From the NCBI GenBank assembly GCA_963768175.1, contig CAVYGQ010000001.1, forward strand, positions 574,305 through 638,304: DNA of 64,000 bases. Direction: 5' to 3'. Below the pieces are notes generated by a model that saw only the letters and a list, made by a program, of their open reading frames with translations, was not told the DNA's origin and made no database searches. Numbering within the stretch: the first letter of the stretch is position 1; every line of letters begins with the position of its first letter. The translations under genes and the position numbers were made by a program. The stretch is from Candidatus Doudnabacteria bacterium. Its GTDB lineage: Bacteria > Patescibacteriota > Doudnabacteria > UBA920. Shown one piece after another: positions 9,799 through 18,262 of the stretch.

Positions 9799-10971
9799 TT
9801 ATTTCCTGGCTTTCGCCATTTTTTTTAGTTCTCTGATTTTATCCGTTTTCTCCCACGGGAATTTTACGTCAGTACGGCCAAAATGCCCGTAGGACGCGGT
9901 TTGTTCGTAAATCGGACGCTCCAGATTTAATTGTTTGATAATGTCGGCCGGTTTTAGCGGAAAGATTTCTTCCACGATTTTTTCCAAACGGTCATCGCTA
10001 ATCCTGCCGGTACCGTAAGTATCCACCATGGCGGAAACCGGTTTGGCCACGCCAATGGCGTAAGCCAGCTGCACCAGACATTTTTTCGCTAAACCCGACG
10101 CCACCACATTTTTGGCAATATAGCGCGCGGCATAAGCGGCGCTGCGGTCAACTTTGGTCACGCACTTGCCGCTAAAACATCCACCCCCGTGCGGCGCATA
10201 GCCGCCGTAAGTATCCACAATAATTTTGCGCCCGGTGAGCCCCGCGTCCGCTGGCGGCCCGCCCAGCACAAACCTGCCGGTGGAATTAATAAAAATCCTG
10301 ATATTTTTGTTAAACCACTTGCCGAGCACGGGCTTTATAACATATTGGGTAATTTCGCCGCGCAATTTTTCTGTGGTTACTTCTTCGGAATGATGCGCGG
10401 CGATGACGACCGTGGTAACTCTTCTTGGTTTTCCATTAACATACTCAATGCTGACTTGCGATTTGCCGTCCGGCCGCAAATACGGCAATTTTTTATTCTT
10501 GCGTACCTCGGCCAGCTTGCGGGTTAAGCCATGGGCCAAAGAGATTGGCAGCGGCATCAGCTCCTTGGTTTCGTCGCAGGCAAAACCGAACATTAACCCC
10601 TGGTCACCCGCGCCCTGTTCCTTAAACTCACCCTTGCCTTCGTCTACTCCTTGCGCGATATCAGGCGACTGTTCATGAAGCGTGCTAATGACACCGACAT
10701 CGGAAAAACAAAAACCGTATTCCGGCTTGTCGTAACCGATTTTTTTAAGCGTCCGCCTAACCACGCTTTGGATGTCCACATAAGCCTTGGTGCGCGCCTC
10801 GCCGCCCACAACTACCAAACCAGTGGTGGCAAAACATTCTATGCCGGCGTGCGCCTTTTTGTCCTGCCTAAGCATTTCATCGTACACGGCGTCGGAAATT
10901 TGGTCGCAAACTTTATCCGGATGCCCTTCGGTTACGGACTCGGAGGTAAAAACGTAGCTCTTTTTGATCAT
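9799..10971 (-). CDS. metK: S-adenosylmethionine synthetase
   Basis: [20 protein letters not shown] and GGGAFSGKD-like motifs; 390 aa. Confidence 0.95.
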   Translation of the reverse strand: MIKKSYVFTSESVTEGHPDKVCDQISDAVYDEMLRQDKKAHAGIECFATTGLVVVGGEARTKAYVDIQSVVRRTLKKIGYDKPEYGFCFSDVGVISTLHEQSPDIAQGVDEGKGEFKEQGAGDQGLMFGFACDETKELMPLPISLAHGLTRKLAEVRKNKKLPYLRPDGKSQVSIEYVNGKPRRVTTVVIAAHHSEEVTTEKLRGEITQYVIKPVLGKWFNKNIRIFINSTGRFVLGGPPADAGLTGRKIIVDTYGGYAPHGGGCFSGKCVTKVDRSAAYAARYIAKNVVASGLAKKCLVQLAYAIGVAKPVSAMVDTYGTGRISDDRLEKIVEEIFPLKPADIIKQLNLERPIYEQTASYGHFGRTDVKFPWEKTDKIRELKKMAKARK

Positions 10972-11071
10972 TTGATCCTCTACTAAATACGAAAGAGACT
11001 AAATACTAAATCTGTCTTTTTTCGTATTTCGTTAATTTTAGTATTTCGTAGAAATTGCACGCTAGTGCAAT

Positions 11072-11335
11072 AAAAAACCGCCTATCGGCGGGTTGTAAAA
11101 TTATCTTCCCCGCTCGGGGCTAGAAGTAGCACCTTTCGTATGGGGGTCCCCAAAAATTAGGAGCGCAATTTCCGTAATGCTTTACGGAAATGAGCACGGA
11201 TTTTTGGGGAGAGGAGCAACTGCGGAGAGCTAAGTTTCCGATTTTTATCGGAACGAAAGCTCGAAGCAAGTTGCGACGAGGTTGCTGGCAGGTCATTGGG
11301 CTAGATCCCTCACTGCACTCTTGATAAATTATTTT
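11072..11335 (-). promoter_or_regulatory. SAM-I (S-box) riboswitch with a greatly enlarged P3 region and an intrinsic terminator, in the metK leader
   Basis: Minus-strand RNA contains TTATCAAGAGTGCAGTGAGGGATCTAGCCCAATGACCTGCCAGCAACC and GAAAGGTGCTACTTCTAG core motifs, a P4 hairpin CCCCGAGCGGGG, then the terminator CCGCCGATAGGCGGTTTTTT. Confidence 0.7.
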
Positions 11336-11456
11336 ACCCTGTTAAATGCCGTTACGGCCCTCGCCAAAGGCGAGGATTTAACAGGGTGAATTGTAAAGAC
11401 ATATTAAACTATCTTGAAATTTTTGTCAAAACAAGATAATATTCATTAGAGATTAT

Positions 11457-11520
11457 GCGGGTATCGTATAATGGCAAATCTGGAGCTTTCCAAGCTGATG
11501 CCGAGGGCTTGCCCCGTTAA
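11457..11520 (+). other. degenerate tRNA-like fragment
   Basis: GCGGGTATCGTATAATGG resembles the first 18 nt of the adjacent tRNA-Gly. No valid anticodon stem or T-arm follows. Confidence 0.2.
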
Positions 11521-11527
11521 ACTTTGT

Positions 11528-11601
11528 GCGGGATTAGTATAATGGTAGTACGGCACCCTTCCAAGGTGCATACGCCGGTTCGATTCCGGTATCCCGCTCC
11601 A
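11528..11601 (+). tRNA. tRNA-Gly (anticodon TCC)
   Basis: Acceptor GCGGGAT/ATCCCGC, anticodon stem GCACC/GGTGC with loop CTTCCAA, T-loop GGTTCGATTCC, CCA encoded. Confidence 0.85.
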
Positions 11602-11639
11602 ATGACTTTTGACTTTATAAGTAAAATTAATTTAAAGAC

Positions 11640-12470
11640 ATGAAGAAAATATTTTTGTTTCTACCCATTGTCGTTTTGTTAGCCGCTGGATGTAATTCGT
11701 CCCAACAGCCTTCCAGCCAAACTCCCTCAAAAGTCCCTGTTGTTAAGAATGTCGCACCAACGTCCATTCAAAAAAACAATTCCGGCTCCAACCTCAAAGT
11801 AACTATTTCCACTAGGCAACCGTTAACTATGAATCAAGATTCCTATGCTGAAATAAGTTTTGACATGCAACCGGTAACAGCAAATACAAAATATGCCTTC
11901 GTTGAAATGGGCAGCGTTCCCGGAATGATTTTTGAAGCCAACGCCTGTAATAACAACCCTGCTTGGAATAATCAAGGTGGCCAGGCTTCCTGTTTGTCAA
12001 CCTATAAAAATGATCCCAGCAACGCTTACAGTTTGGTGCTGGATGGGATTCCGAGCACAACAGGCGTATTTCCTTTTACTATTACGGCGACCGACCAATA
12101 CGGCAATAGCGCAACCCAAGAATTTAGTGTTACAGTAATCGGCCATGTTGCTATAACGAAAATTTATCCCTCGTCTGGTCCTGTGGGTACGGAAGTAACC
12201 ATTACTGGTACCGGATTTACATTTACTCCAAAAAATAACATTCTTATTAATTTTAATGGTTATTCCTATAATCTTTATGAGCAAAGTTCTCCCGACGGGC
12301 AGACCTTAAAATTTACCATTCCACAAACTCTTAGCAGGCCTTGCCCCGCGTCTAGTACTTTAGGTGATGGCTGTGGTTCAATAAATGTTACGCCTGGCGA
12401 TATCTTATCAATTGAAGCAGGGGTAACAAACGCCACAACCAATACAGCAAACTTTACTGTCACACCGTAA
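11640..12470 (+). CDS. lipoprotein with IPT/TIG-like domain
   Basis: Signal peptide plus lipobox LLAAGC. Ig-like segment ITKIYPSSGPVGTEVTITGTGF. Confidence 0.55.
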   Translation: MKKIFLFLPIVVLLAAGCNSSQQPSSQTPSKVPVVKNVAPTSIQKNNSGSNLKVTISTRQPLTMNQDSYAEISFDMQPVTANTKYAFVEMGSVPGMIFEANACNNNPAWNNQGGQASCLSTYKNDPSNAYSLVLDGIPSTTGVFPFTITATDQYGNSATQEFSVTVIGHVAITKIYPSSGPVGTEVTITGTGFTFTPKNNILINFNGYSYNLYEQSSPDGQTLKFTIPQTLSRPCPASSTLGDGCGSINVTPGDILSIEAGVTNATTNTANFTVTP

Positions 12471-12565
12471 TAAGTTTTTGGCAATTTCCGTCCGAACATC
12501 ATTCCATAGCCCGCTCCAGGTTTAACGGGGTAAAATTCCCCCTATAACCCGCTCCAAAAAAAGTT

Positions 12566-12595
12566 TAAAAGCCCCCAAGTGGGGGCTTTTTGGCA
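12566..12595. terminator. bidirectional intrinsic terminator
   Basis: AAAAGCCCCCAAGTGGGGGCTTTTTGG, a hairpin flanked by an A-run and a T-run, sitting between convergent genes. Confidence 0.6.
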
Positions 12596-12638
12596 TCCGT
12601 AGGCATCGGTAGATCCGCGTTCAATCCGTAAATCCGTG

Positions 12639-12923
12639 TTACTGCCTAAGCTTAACCGCTTCCTTAAAGGCCTCGCCGGCTTTGAACTTCGGGGTATTGA
12701 GCTCGGGAATAGTTATCTTCTGGGACGGGTTGCGGGGGTTAACGCCAATTCTGGAAGCGCGATGGCTTACGCTAAACTGCCCGAACCCGGAAATATTGAC
12801 TTTATCGCCGCCGCGGAGCACGTCGTAAATCATGCTAATTAAGGTATTGGTAAACCTCTCCGCCTCGGTATGGGTAATGCCCAATTTAGCGGCCAATTGC
12901 TCCGTTAATTGAAGCTTATTCAT
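12639..12923 (-). CDS. hup: DNA-binding protein HU
   Basis: 94 aa; MNKLQLTEQLAAKLGITHTEAERF...GFGQFSV matches the HU/IHF family. Confidence 0.9.
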   Translation of the reverse strand: MNKLQLTEQLAAKLGITHTEAERFTNTLISMIYDVLRGGDKVNISGFGQFSVSHRASRIGVNPRNPSQKITIPELNTPKFKAGEAFKEAVKLRQ

Positions 12924-13154
12924 AAATTTTCCTTCCTTTTCCGCCAGTCGTTCGAGACCCTGAAGGGTTCTCAGACCCTGAACGGGAGGCGGATCCCGCT
13001 TTGCGGGACTGTTTTAATTATTTATTGATGTTAGCTAACTAATTATACGTTAGTTAGCCAAAATTTGGTGCTTTATGCTTAAATCGGCATTATTTACCAA
13101 ATCTAATCATATTATAGACTAATTTCAACAAAAATTCCAGTTATGCCAATAAAA

Positions 13155-13200
13155 ATGAGGACTGTCCTTTTCCGGGCAACCCCTGGTTAAGGACAGTCCT
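13155..13200 (-). terminator. hairpin terminator downstream of the LTD-protein gene
   Basis: 13-bp inverted repeat GAGGACTGTCCTT...AAGGACAGTCCTC followed by a U-run on the minus strand. Confidence 0.5.
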
Positions 13201-13225
13201 CTGCCAAGTTTCTGTTCAGTTAAAA

Positions 13226-14137
13226 TTACTTTTTCGCCTTGGAAAACAAATACTTTTTGGCAATAAACAAAAGCGCTAAAAGCGCCGCCCCAGATAAAAT
13301 TAAATACTTTACCGCCCCCTGTTTGGCGTTTTGGCCCGGGTCGCTTTGCGTTGGGTAAGCAGGCTCCAAGTTTTGATTATCAGATGATAACGATACGGCA
13401 ACGGCTGTCGCCTCCCCCTCCACCTGCCCGGCGTCGGAGGCAGCCGCGGCAACAGCCGGCGCGGTTGTCGCGACTGGCAAATTTTTATTTGCCGCCGCTG
13501 TCTGTTGCGCTCCTGGATTATTTTTTATTACGGCATCCGTTTCCTGGCTGGCCTGGAAAGCCGCGGTTAAATCGTTCATCAAAGAGTTGTGCGGGTTTGA
13601 AGCGGCAATTGAATAATCCGATGAAGGCTGGTATAAATCTTTTCTGGTGAGCGATTGGTTGGCTCCGGGATTAACAATGGAGACATTTCTAAAACCGTTG
13701 CCGGTTTTCCCCCAGGAAATCTTATCAATAATTTTGCCCGTATTGTCCGCGCCAAAACGCAAAGCGATGCCCGTGTTGTCGGAAATGGTGGCCGAGCTTA
13801 CCACATCGGGCTTTACGGCAATTGTTACAAATCCGGAATTGGCCCACAAATAAAAACTCTTGGCCGGAATAAAAGTATCCTTGCTCCAGGATTTTACCAA
13901 AGTGTCGCTGTTGGCGCTGCCCGGGCGTTTGACCAAACGGCAACCTTTTAAACTAACCGGCGAAGAACTGGCGTTAAAAAATTCAATAAAATCATTGTCG
14001 GTATTATTTTTCCCGCCGGTAATTTGGACTTGGGAGATAAAAACGGATATTGGGACAACCGCATTGGCCAGGCAAAATTGCGGCAGAAATATTAGGATAA
14101 TAACCAAATATATTTTTGTTTTTGCCATTTTTGCCAT
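13226..14137 (-). CDS. secreted, membrane-anchored lamin-tail-domain (LTD)-like protein
   Basis: Signal peptide; LTD-like QVQITGG...DFIEFFNASSSPVSLKGCRL; Ala/Pro-rich linker; C-terminal TM anchor. Confidence 0.5.
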   Translation of the reverse strand: MAKMAKTKIYLVIILIFLPQFCLANAVVPISVFISQVQITGGKNNTDNDFIEFFNASSSPVSLKGCRLVKRPGSANSDTLVKSWSKDTFIPAKSFYLWANSGFVTIAVKPDVVSSATISDNTGIALRFGADNTGKIIDKISWGKTGNGFRNVSIVNPGANQSLTRKDLYQPSSDYSIAASNPHNSLMNDLTAAFQASQETDAVIKNNPGAQQTAAANKNLPVATTAPAVAAAASDAGQVEGEATAVAVSLSSDNQNLEPAYPTQSDPGQNAKQGAVKYLILSGAALLALLFIAKKYLFSKAKK

Positions 14138-14200
14138 AAGTTTTCCTATGAAGACGGTCTTCTGGGGCTGCCCCAGAAGACCGTCTTCAAACGCGATGTT

Positions 14201-14653
14201 CTATTTCTTATCTGCGTCATCAGTACCCGTCTGTATATCTGTGGCCTCAATTTCTTTATACAGCGTGCCTAAAACCCCGTTAACAAACTTGCCAGAGCTT
14301 TCCCCGCCAAAAGTCTTGGCCAGCTCCACGGCCTCGTTTATGGCCACTTTAGGCGGCACCTGCTTTAATATCATGAGCTCAAAAACGCCCAGGCGCAAAA
14401 CGTTGCGGTCCACCGGCGGGATTTGCTCCATGGGCCATTCAGGCGCGTGCTTGGTAATAATTTCGTCTATGGCCGAAAGGTTCTGCGCCACGCCGTTGGC
14501 CAATTCAAAAATAAAAACGGCATCGTCGCCGGCATCCGCAAATTCTTTTATGTGGGTTTTAACAATGCCTTTTAGCTCGCCACTTTGGCCGTTAAAATCC
14601 CACTCAAACAGCGACTGCAAAGCGATTGTTCTGGATAAATGCCGATTAGCCAT
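14201..14653 (-). CDS. nusB: transcription antitermination factor NusB
   Basis: RTIALQSLFEWDF and the C-terminal helical region match NusB. Confidence 0.85.
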   Translation of the reverse strand: MANRHLSRTIALQSLFEWDFNGQSGELKGIVKTHIKEFADAGDDAVFIFELANGVAQNLSAIDEIITKHAPEWPMEQIPPVDRNVLRLGVFELMILKQVPPKVAINEAVELAKTFGGESSGKFVNGVLGTLYKEIEATDIQTGTDDADKK

Positions 14654-14748
14654 AGGAAATTAAAAGTTTAAAATTCAAAGTTAAAAATAATAGAGTTTCT
14701 GCGGGGCAAAAACACCTAAATTTTACATTTTGATTTTTAAATTTTGCA

Positions 14749-14919
14749 TTATTTTGTAACTTTCCTGCCTTTGTAATATCCGCAATTCTTGCACGGCAAG
14801 TGCGGCATTGTGCTGCTTCCGCAATTTTTGCACGCGGCAAAAAAAATCTTTTTTAAAGCGTGGTGGCTGCGCCTTTGGTTGCGGCCACTGCGGGTTTTAT
14901 GTTTCTTTGGGACTCCCAT
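14749..14919 (-). CDS. rpmF: 50S ribosomal protein L32
   Basis: MGVPKKHKTRSGRNQRRSH...CKNCG...CKNCGYY is the L32 zinc-ribbon pattern. The track ORF begins at an upstream TTG; the ATG at 14919 is the likely start. Confidence 0.85.
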   Translation of the reverse strand: MGVPKKHKTRSGRNQRRSHHALKKIFFAACKNCGSSTMPHLPCKNCGYYKGRKVTK

Positions 14920-14968
14920 AATAATTTTTTCAAAATGCAAAAGTCAAAATGTAAAATTAATGCCCTTT

Positions 14969-15010
14969 CGGCGTCATCCTGAGTCCGCCTCCGGCGGACG
15001 AAGGATCTCT
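14969..15010. repeat. copy of the dispersed GTCATCCTGAG...GAAGGATC hairpin repeat family
   Basis: GGCGTCATCCTGAGTCCGCCTCCGGCGGACGAAGGATCTC. Relatives at 15092-15163, 28031-28068, 31909-32007, 52334-52475. Confidence 0.6.
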
Positions 15011-15091
15011 ACTTTTAAACTTCTGATTAATTAATGTTAAAGTGGGGTAATTATAACCAAAATCGCGGTTTTCGTCAATTCCTGTTCTTTT

Positions 15092-15163
15092 GTCATTGCG
15101 AGGAGTCAGACGACGAAGCAATCTGACGCCAATGGCGTCATCCCGAGTGCATCCGAGGGATCT
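15092..15163. repeat. composite repeat: GTCATTGCGAGGAG...CGAAGCAATC hairpin plus GGCGTCATCCCGAGTGCATCCGAGGGATC unit
   Basis: The first half matches one arm of the large palindrome at 32776-32870. The second half matches the 28031-28068 and 52334-52475 units. Confidence 0.6.
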
Positions 15164-15361
15164 TTTAATTAGATTGCCGCGTCCCGACAAGCCGGGACTC
15201 GCAATAACAGCGCTGACTCTCGTCAATCAGCCAACAAAAAATCCCTTCCAACCCTTGAAGGGGGTGGCAAGGTCGTGGCGATGGCGCGCACGACCTTGCC
15301 TGAGATGAATCTGACGAAGCCGCGACGACGGCGCGTGCGAACTCTACCCGGGATGCAATTT

Positions 15362-15811
15362 CTAATCCAGATCTCGGAGACGAGAATGCGGACGCGACCT
15401 CTTGGCCGATCTCGTCAACCAACCAGGATATCGTTGTCCTTGGGGGATTTCGAATCCCTGGTCGTGAAGCGGCCTGCCTTCGTAATGAGCGGGGTCGAGA
15501 AACCCCGAGGGCCGAATCGACGGCCAAACTTCCTCGTCGAACAGCATCTCAGAGGCTGCTGCCCGCAAACGACGGAGAAATTCCTCATCCGGATGCTTCT
15601 CCAACGGACGTAAGTCCGAAGCGTCAGCGGCTACCTCAGTCTTCGTGACTGAGTTAAGCCTATCTCTAAGGCTGTAGCCTTCAAGGACTCCTTCCCAGTA
15701 AACCGGGCTCTTGATATTCGTATCCGGTGTACCATTGGCACCGTCAGCGATGCCTTTTGAACGAAGCCGGTTCAGCAGGAGCAGAATCCTGATGATCTGA
15801 AACTCAAACAT
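15362..15811 (-). CDS. hypothetical protein in GC-rich island
   Basis: ORF with ribosome-binding site AAAGAGGGT 6 nt before ATG (MFEFQII...). No recognised domain. Confidence 0.4.
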   Translation of the reverse strand: MFEFQIIRILLLLNRLRSKGIADGANGTPDTNIKSPVYWEGVLEGYSLRDRLNSVTKTEVAADASDLRPLEKHPDEEFLRRLRAAASEMLFDEEVWPSIRPSGFLDPAHYEGRPLHDQGFEIPQGQRYPGWLTRSAKRSRPHSRLRDLD

Positions 15812-16227
15812 TTCTATACCCTCTTTCAACTTGGATTGAACTACAAACACTAATCTGCCCACAAAACCTTACGGGCAATTTACTGTCTGCAGTTTTCTCT
15901 ATTCTATTTTAAAATTGCTTTTAATAAAAGTGGATAACTCCCCCGTATTCGTGTCACCCGCCTAGACTCGACGTCTAGTCGAGGCTGGTTCGTGTGCCAT
16001 TCGTATATTAGTGTCGCTTCTTTTCTCCAACCCGCCTACGAGACAGGAATGCTGGCTTGGATAAAAATCGTAAGATTGTTATCCAAATCAGCCTCGTGGG
16101 CGGATTGCAGAAAAGAAATTTCTCACTATCCCCTTCTCCCTTAAGGGAGAAGGTGCCCGAAGGGCGGATGAGGGGGTTAAATTTAAGGTATGGCGAGGGG
16201 CGGTGGATCGATGCTCTGATCCTATTC

Positions 16228-16335
16228 CTATCCGCCCCTGCCTCGCCGATGTTGCCAGTAGTTCAGGAAGTCTTCAAAGAGCGGCTCCCCATATAGCACC
16301 CAAACTACGAGTGCCACTAACTCGGCAACTTTCAT
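16228..16335 (-). CDS. 35-aa hydrophobic peptide
   Basis: MKVAELVALVVWVLYGEPLFEDFLNYWQHRRGRGG. Ribosome-binding site GGAAAGGAGGAG 6 nt upstream. Start overlaps the upstream stop (TGAgATG). Confidence 0.4.
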   Translation of the reverse strand: MKVAELVALVVWVLYGEPLFEDFLNYWQHRRGRGG

Positions 16336-16336
16336 C

Positions 16337-16450
16337 TCACTCCTCCTTTCCACTCTTGGCCACACACCAGACTACAAAGATAATTACTATCAGCAGTCCG
16401 GCGGCGGCCACTAGCAGTGGCTTGATGTTCTGTGCCCACGCCTCAGGCAT
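16337..16450 (-). CDS. 37-aa single-TM peptide
   Basis: MPEAWAQNIKPLLVAAAGLLIVIIFVVWCVAKSGKEE. Ribosome-binding site TAAGGAGGAGGG 7 nt upstream. Confidence 0.4.
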   Translation of the reverse strand: MPEAWAQNIKPLLVAAAGLLIVIIFVVWCVAKSGKEE

Positions 16451-16466
16451 GGAATTTCCCTCCTCC

Positions 16467-16934
16467 TTAGTGACGTATCTCCAGATGACGTGGCCAGACA
16501 AACAGTAGCACCCAAACCACGTAAGCCATCGGACGATGGCTAACTACGAACCGCAGGATGCGCCACAGCTTGAGCCGCCTTCGGAGGCGCAAGCGGAGGA
16601 TGCAAAGAAATCTTAGGTTGTCTTTCCCCGCCAGCATTCTGGGGACCGCCCGGAGTTTTTCCCGGGCCTCTTCCTGGTCAATCAGATGGAAGAGATAACA
16701 CGCCGAGATCGCCCCCGCCGGAATCGGCCAGGAGAGGAGCAAGAGCAGGCGAAGCCTGCCGATGCCGCCGAAAAACTTCCCGCTCTTCTCGCCGTCGAAC
16801 AACTTGATGACGGCATTTACCAAAGCTCCCCAGCGAACAGCGTCGCGGATTTGGTTGGCGAGTTTGACAATCGCCCAACCGAGAATGATGGCCACACAGG
16901 CCACCATGAGAAACAACACGGGAAGATTGTTCAT
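16467..16934 (-). CDS. 155-aa membrane protein (2 TM, Arg-rich C-terminus)
   Basis: MNNLPVLFLMVACVAIILGW... Ribosome-binding site AAGGAGGGCGGG before ATG. ATGA overlap with the upstream ORF. Confidence 0.45.
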   Translation of the reverse strand: MNNLPVLFLMVACVAIILGWAIVKLANQIRDAVRWGALVNAVIKLFDGEKSGKFFGGIGRLRLLLLLSWPIPAGAISACYLFHLIDQEEAREKLRAVPRMLAGKDNLRFLCILRLRLRRRLKLWRILRFVVSHRPMAYVVWVLLFVWPRHLEIRH

Positions 16935-17176
16935 CCCGCCCTCCTTCGCCGCGCGGTCCAAAACCACACGACTAACGTCACTTCGATTACCCGCTTGAGC
17001 CAGCCGTACAAGCTGACCCTGTTGCGCAGCGGCGGGACCGCTTCCTGAAGCCTTCTTTTGTCCCACCACGCCGGAAACACAAATATGCCGTAAAGCACCG
17101 CCGCAAGGGCGAATGCTAAAATCAACCCGAGCCGCTCCGGCTCGGTGGCAAAACCTGGCGTGCCTACGTCTATCAT
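16931..17176 (-). CDS. 81-aa membrane protein
   Basis: MIDVGTPGFATEPERLGLILAFALAAVLYGIFVF... Ribosome-binding site AAGGAGGA. ATGA overlap with the upstream ORF. Confidence 0.45.
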   Translation of the reverse strand: MIDVGTPGFATEPERLGLILAFALAAVLYGIFVFPAWWDKRRLQEAVPPLRNRVSLYGWLKRVIEVTLVVWFWTARRRRAG

Positions 17177-17331
17177 CCGATCCTCCTTCGCATGGCCCAA
17201 TACCATACGCCAAGCGTGGCACCGGCGTATTGCAACGCCAAGCCAATGATGACGAAGAGCCGGTAGATAACCCGACAGAGGTCGCCGATGAACTCGGTGA
17301 CCGTATCTACCGTGTCATAGTCTCGTTGCAT
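17173..17331 (-). CDS. 52-aa membrane peptide
   Basis: MQRDYDTVDTVTEFIGDLCRVIYRLFVIIGLALQYAGATLGVWYWAMRRRIG. Ribosome-binding site GGAGGTGG. Confidence 0.4.
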   Translation of the reverse strand: MQRDYDTVDTVTEFIGDLCRVIYRLFVIIGLALQYAGATLGVWYWAMRRRIG

Positions 17332-17491
17332 TCTTACCACCTCCGAACCTATAAATTTACCCTGAACCCGAATCCGCCTGGGGCGGATGAGTGGTTTAGG
17401 GCTAACACTATTTAAAAATTTGCAGGTTTGGGAGTAGAAGTAAGGGGCGGCGGATATAAATGCACTATGAATGTCTTGCCGCCCCAAAAGG

Positions 17492-17674
17492 TTACTTGAC
17501 TAAGAACATTATTGCAGCTCCCACCAGGAAGCCGCCGACGATGGCAAGCAGCGCCATCGCCATGTTCTTTTGGCGGCGATCTTCTGCCGCCTTTCTCGCA
17601 GCCGCTTCGGCCGCGAGTTGCTCTTCCGTCATTGCCGGCCGAACCGGCAACGACCAGACATCAAATTCCTTCAT
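17492..17674 (-). CDS. 60-aa tail-anchored membrane peptide
   Basis: MKEFDVWSLPVRPAMTEEQLAAEAAARKAAEDRRQKNMAMALLAIVGGFLVGAAIMFLVK. Ribosome-binding site AAAGGAGGGG 3 nt upstream. Confidence 0.45.
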   Translation of the reverse strand: MKEFDVWSLPVRPAMTEEQLAAEAAARKAAEDRRQKNMAMALLAIVGGFLVGAAIMFLVK

Positions 17675-17995
17675 GTCCCCTCCTTTCTCTCGGGGAATCA
17701 AAACCCTAAAATCAAGATACTGATTCCCCGAGAGGCAATTGTGTTGTATATTTTACTTCTGTTTTTATCTTTTTTCAACCCCATTAGAAACTTTATAAAA
17801 GTTCGGTTTTATTTTATTCATTATTTTTATCGGCAAAGCATTTGTTTTCAGTAAACCAAAGTTTAGGAAGTTTCTAACGGGGTCAACCACCATTTTCCTC
17901 CTACAAAAAAATGGGGGAATAAAACTGGTCATTAAAATAAGATAACTCATTTAACGACCAAATTTCTTCCCCCATTATTTGTTCAAAACTTCGGT

Positions 17996-18032
17996 CACAT
18001 TAAATAACGGCCGTTATTTAATGTGATTTTTA
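17996..18032 (+). terminator. orphan plus-strand intrinsic terminator
   Basis: Perfect palindrome CACATTAAATAACGGCCGTTATTTAATGTG followed by ATTTTT. No plus-strand CDS lies upstream. Confidence 0.4.
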
Positions 18033-18221
18033 CTTCCACCATTGTGGGTCTTAAGGAAATAGGCCTAATCCCGCTCAGCGGGACAAAATGTTTTGCCCTC
18101 CTAAGGCCCACGATGGTGAAAACAATTTATGAAACTTACTAACTACCCCAGCACCAATTTTTACAATAAAGTTTTACGGCAAAGCGCTTTGGGTTTTATC
18201 AAGACGATTATACGATAACAA

Positions 18222-18262
18222 CGCCACCCGCCTTCGCTAAAGCTTCGGCGGGTTGTTTTTTG
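18222..18262 (+). terminator. plus-strand intrinsic terminator in a non-coding stretch
   Basis: CCCGCC...GGCGGG stem followed by TTGTTTTTT. Confidence 0.4.

Noticed and set aside
11337-11388. Long hairpin CCCTGTTAAAT...ATTTAACAGGG upstream of the riboswitch, as a terminator
   Set aside because: No U-run follows on either strand. It may instead be an extended P1 or pre-aptamer helix, or a repeat-element arm.
16467-17246. 259-aa minus ORF and 120-aa plus ORF spanning the small-ORF operon
   Set aside because: The 259-aa frame is a read-through of the intergenic and overlap regions. Only its distal part (MNNLPV..., 16467-16934) has a ribosome-binding site and membrane-protein character. The plus ORF is Arg/Pro/Glu-rich with no ribosome-binding site.
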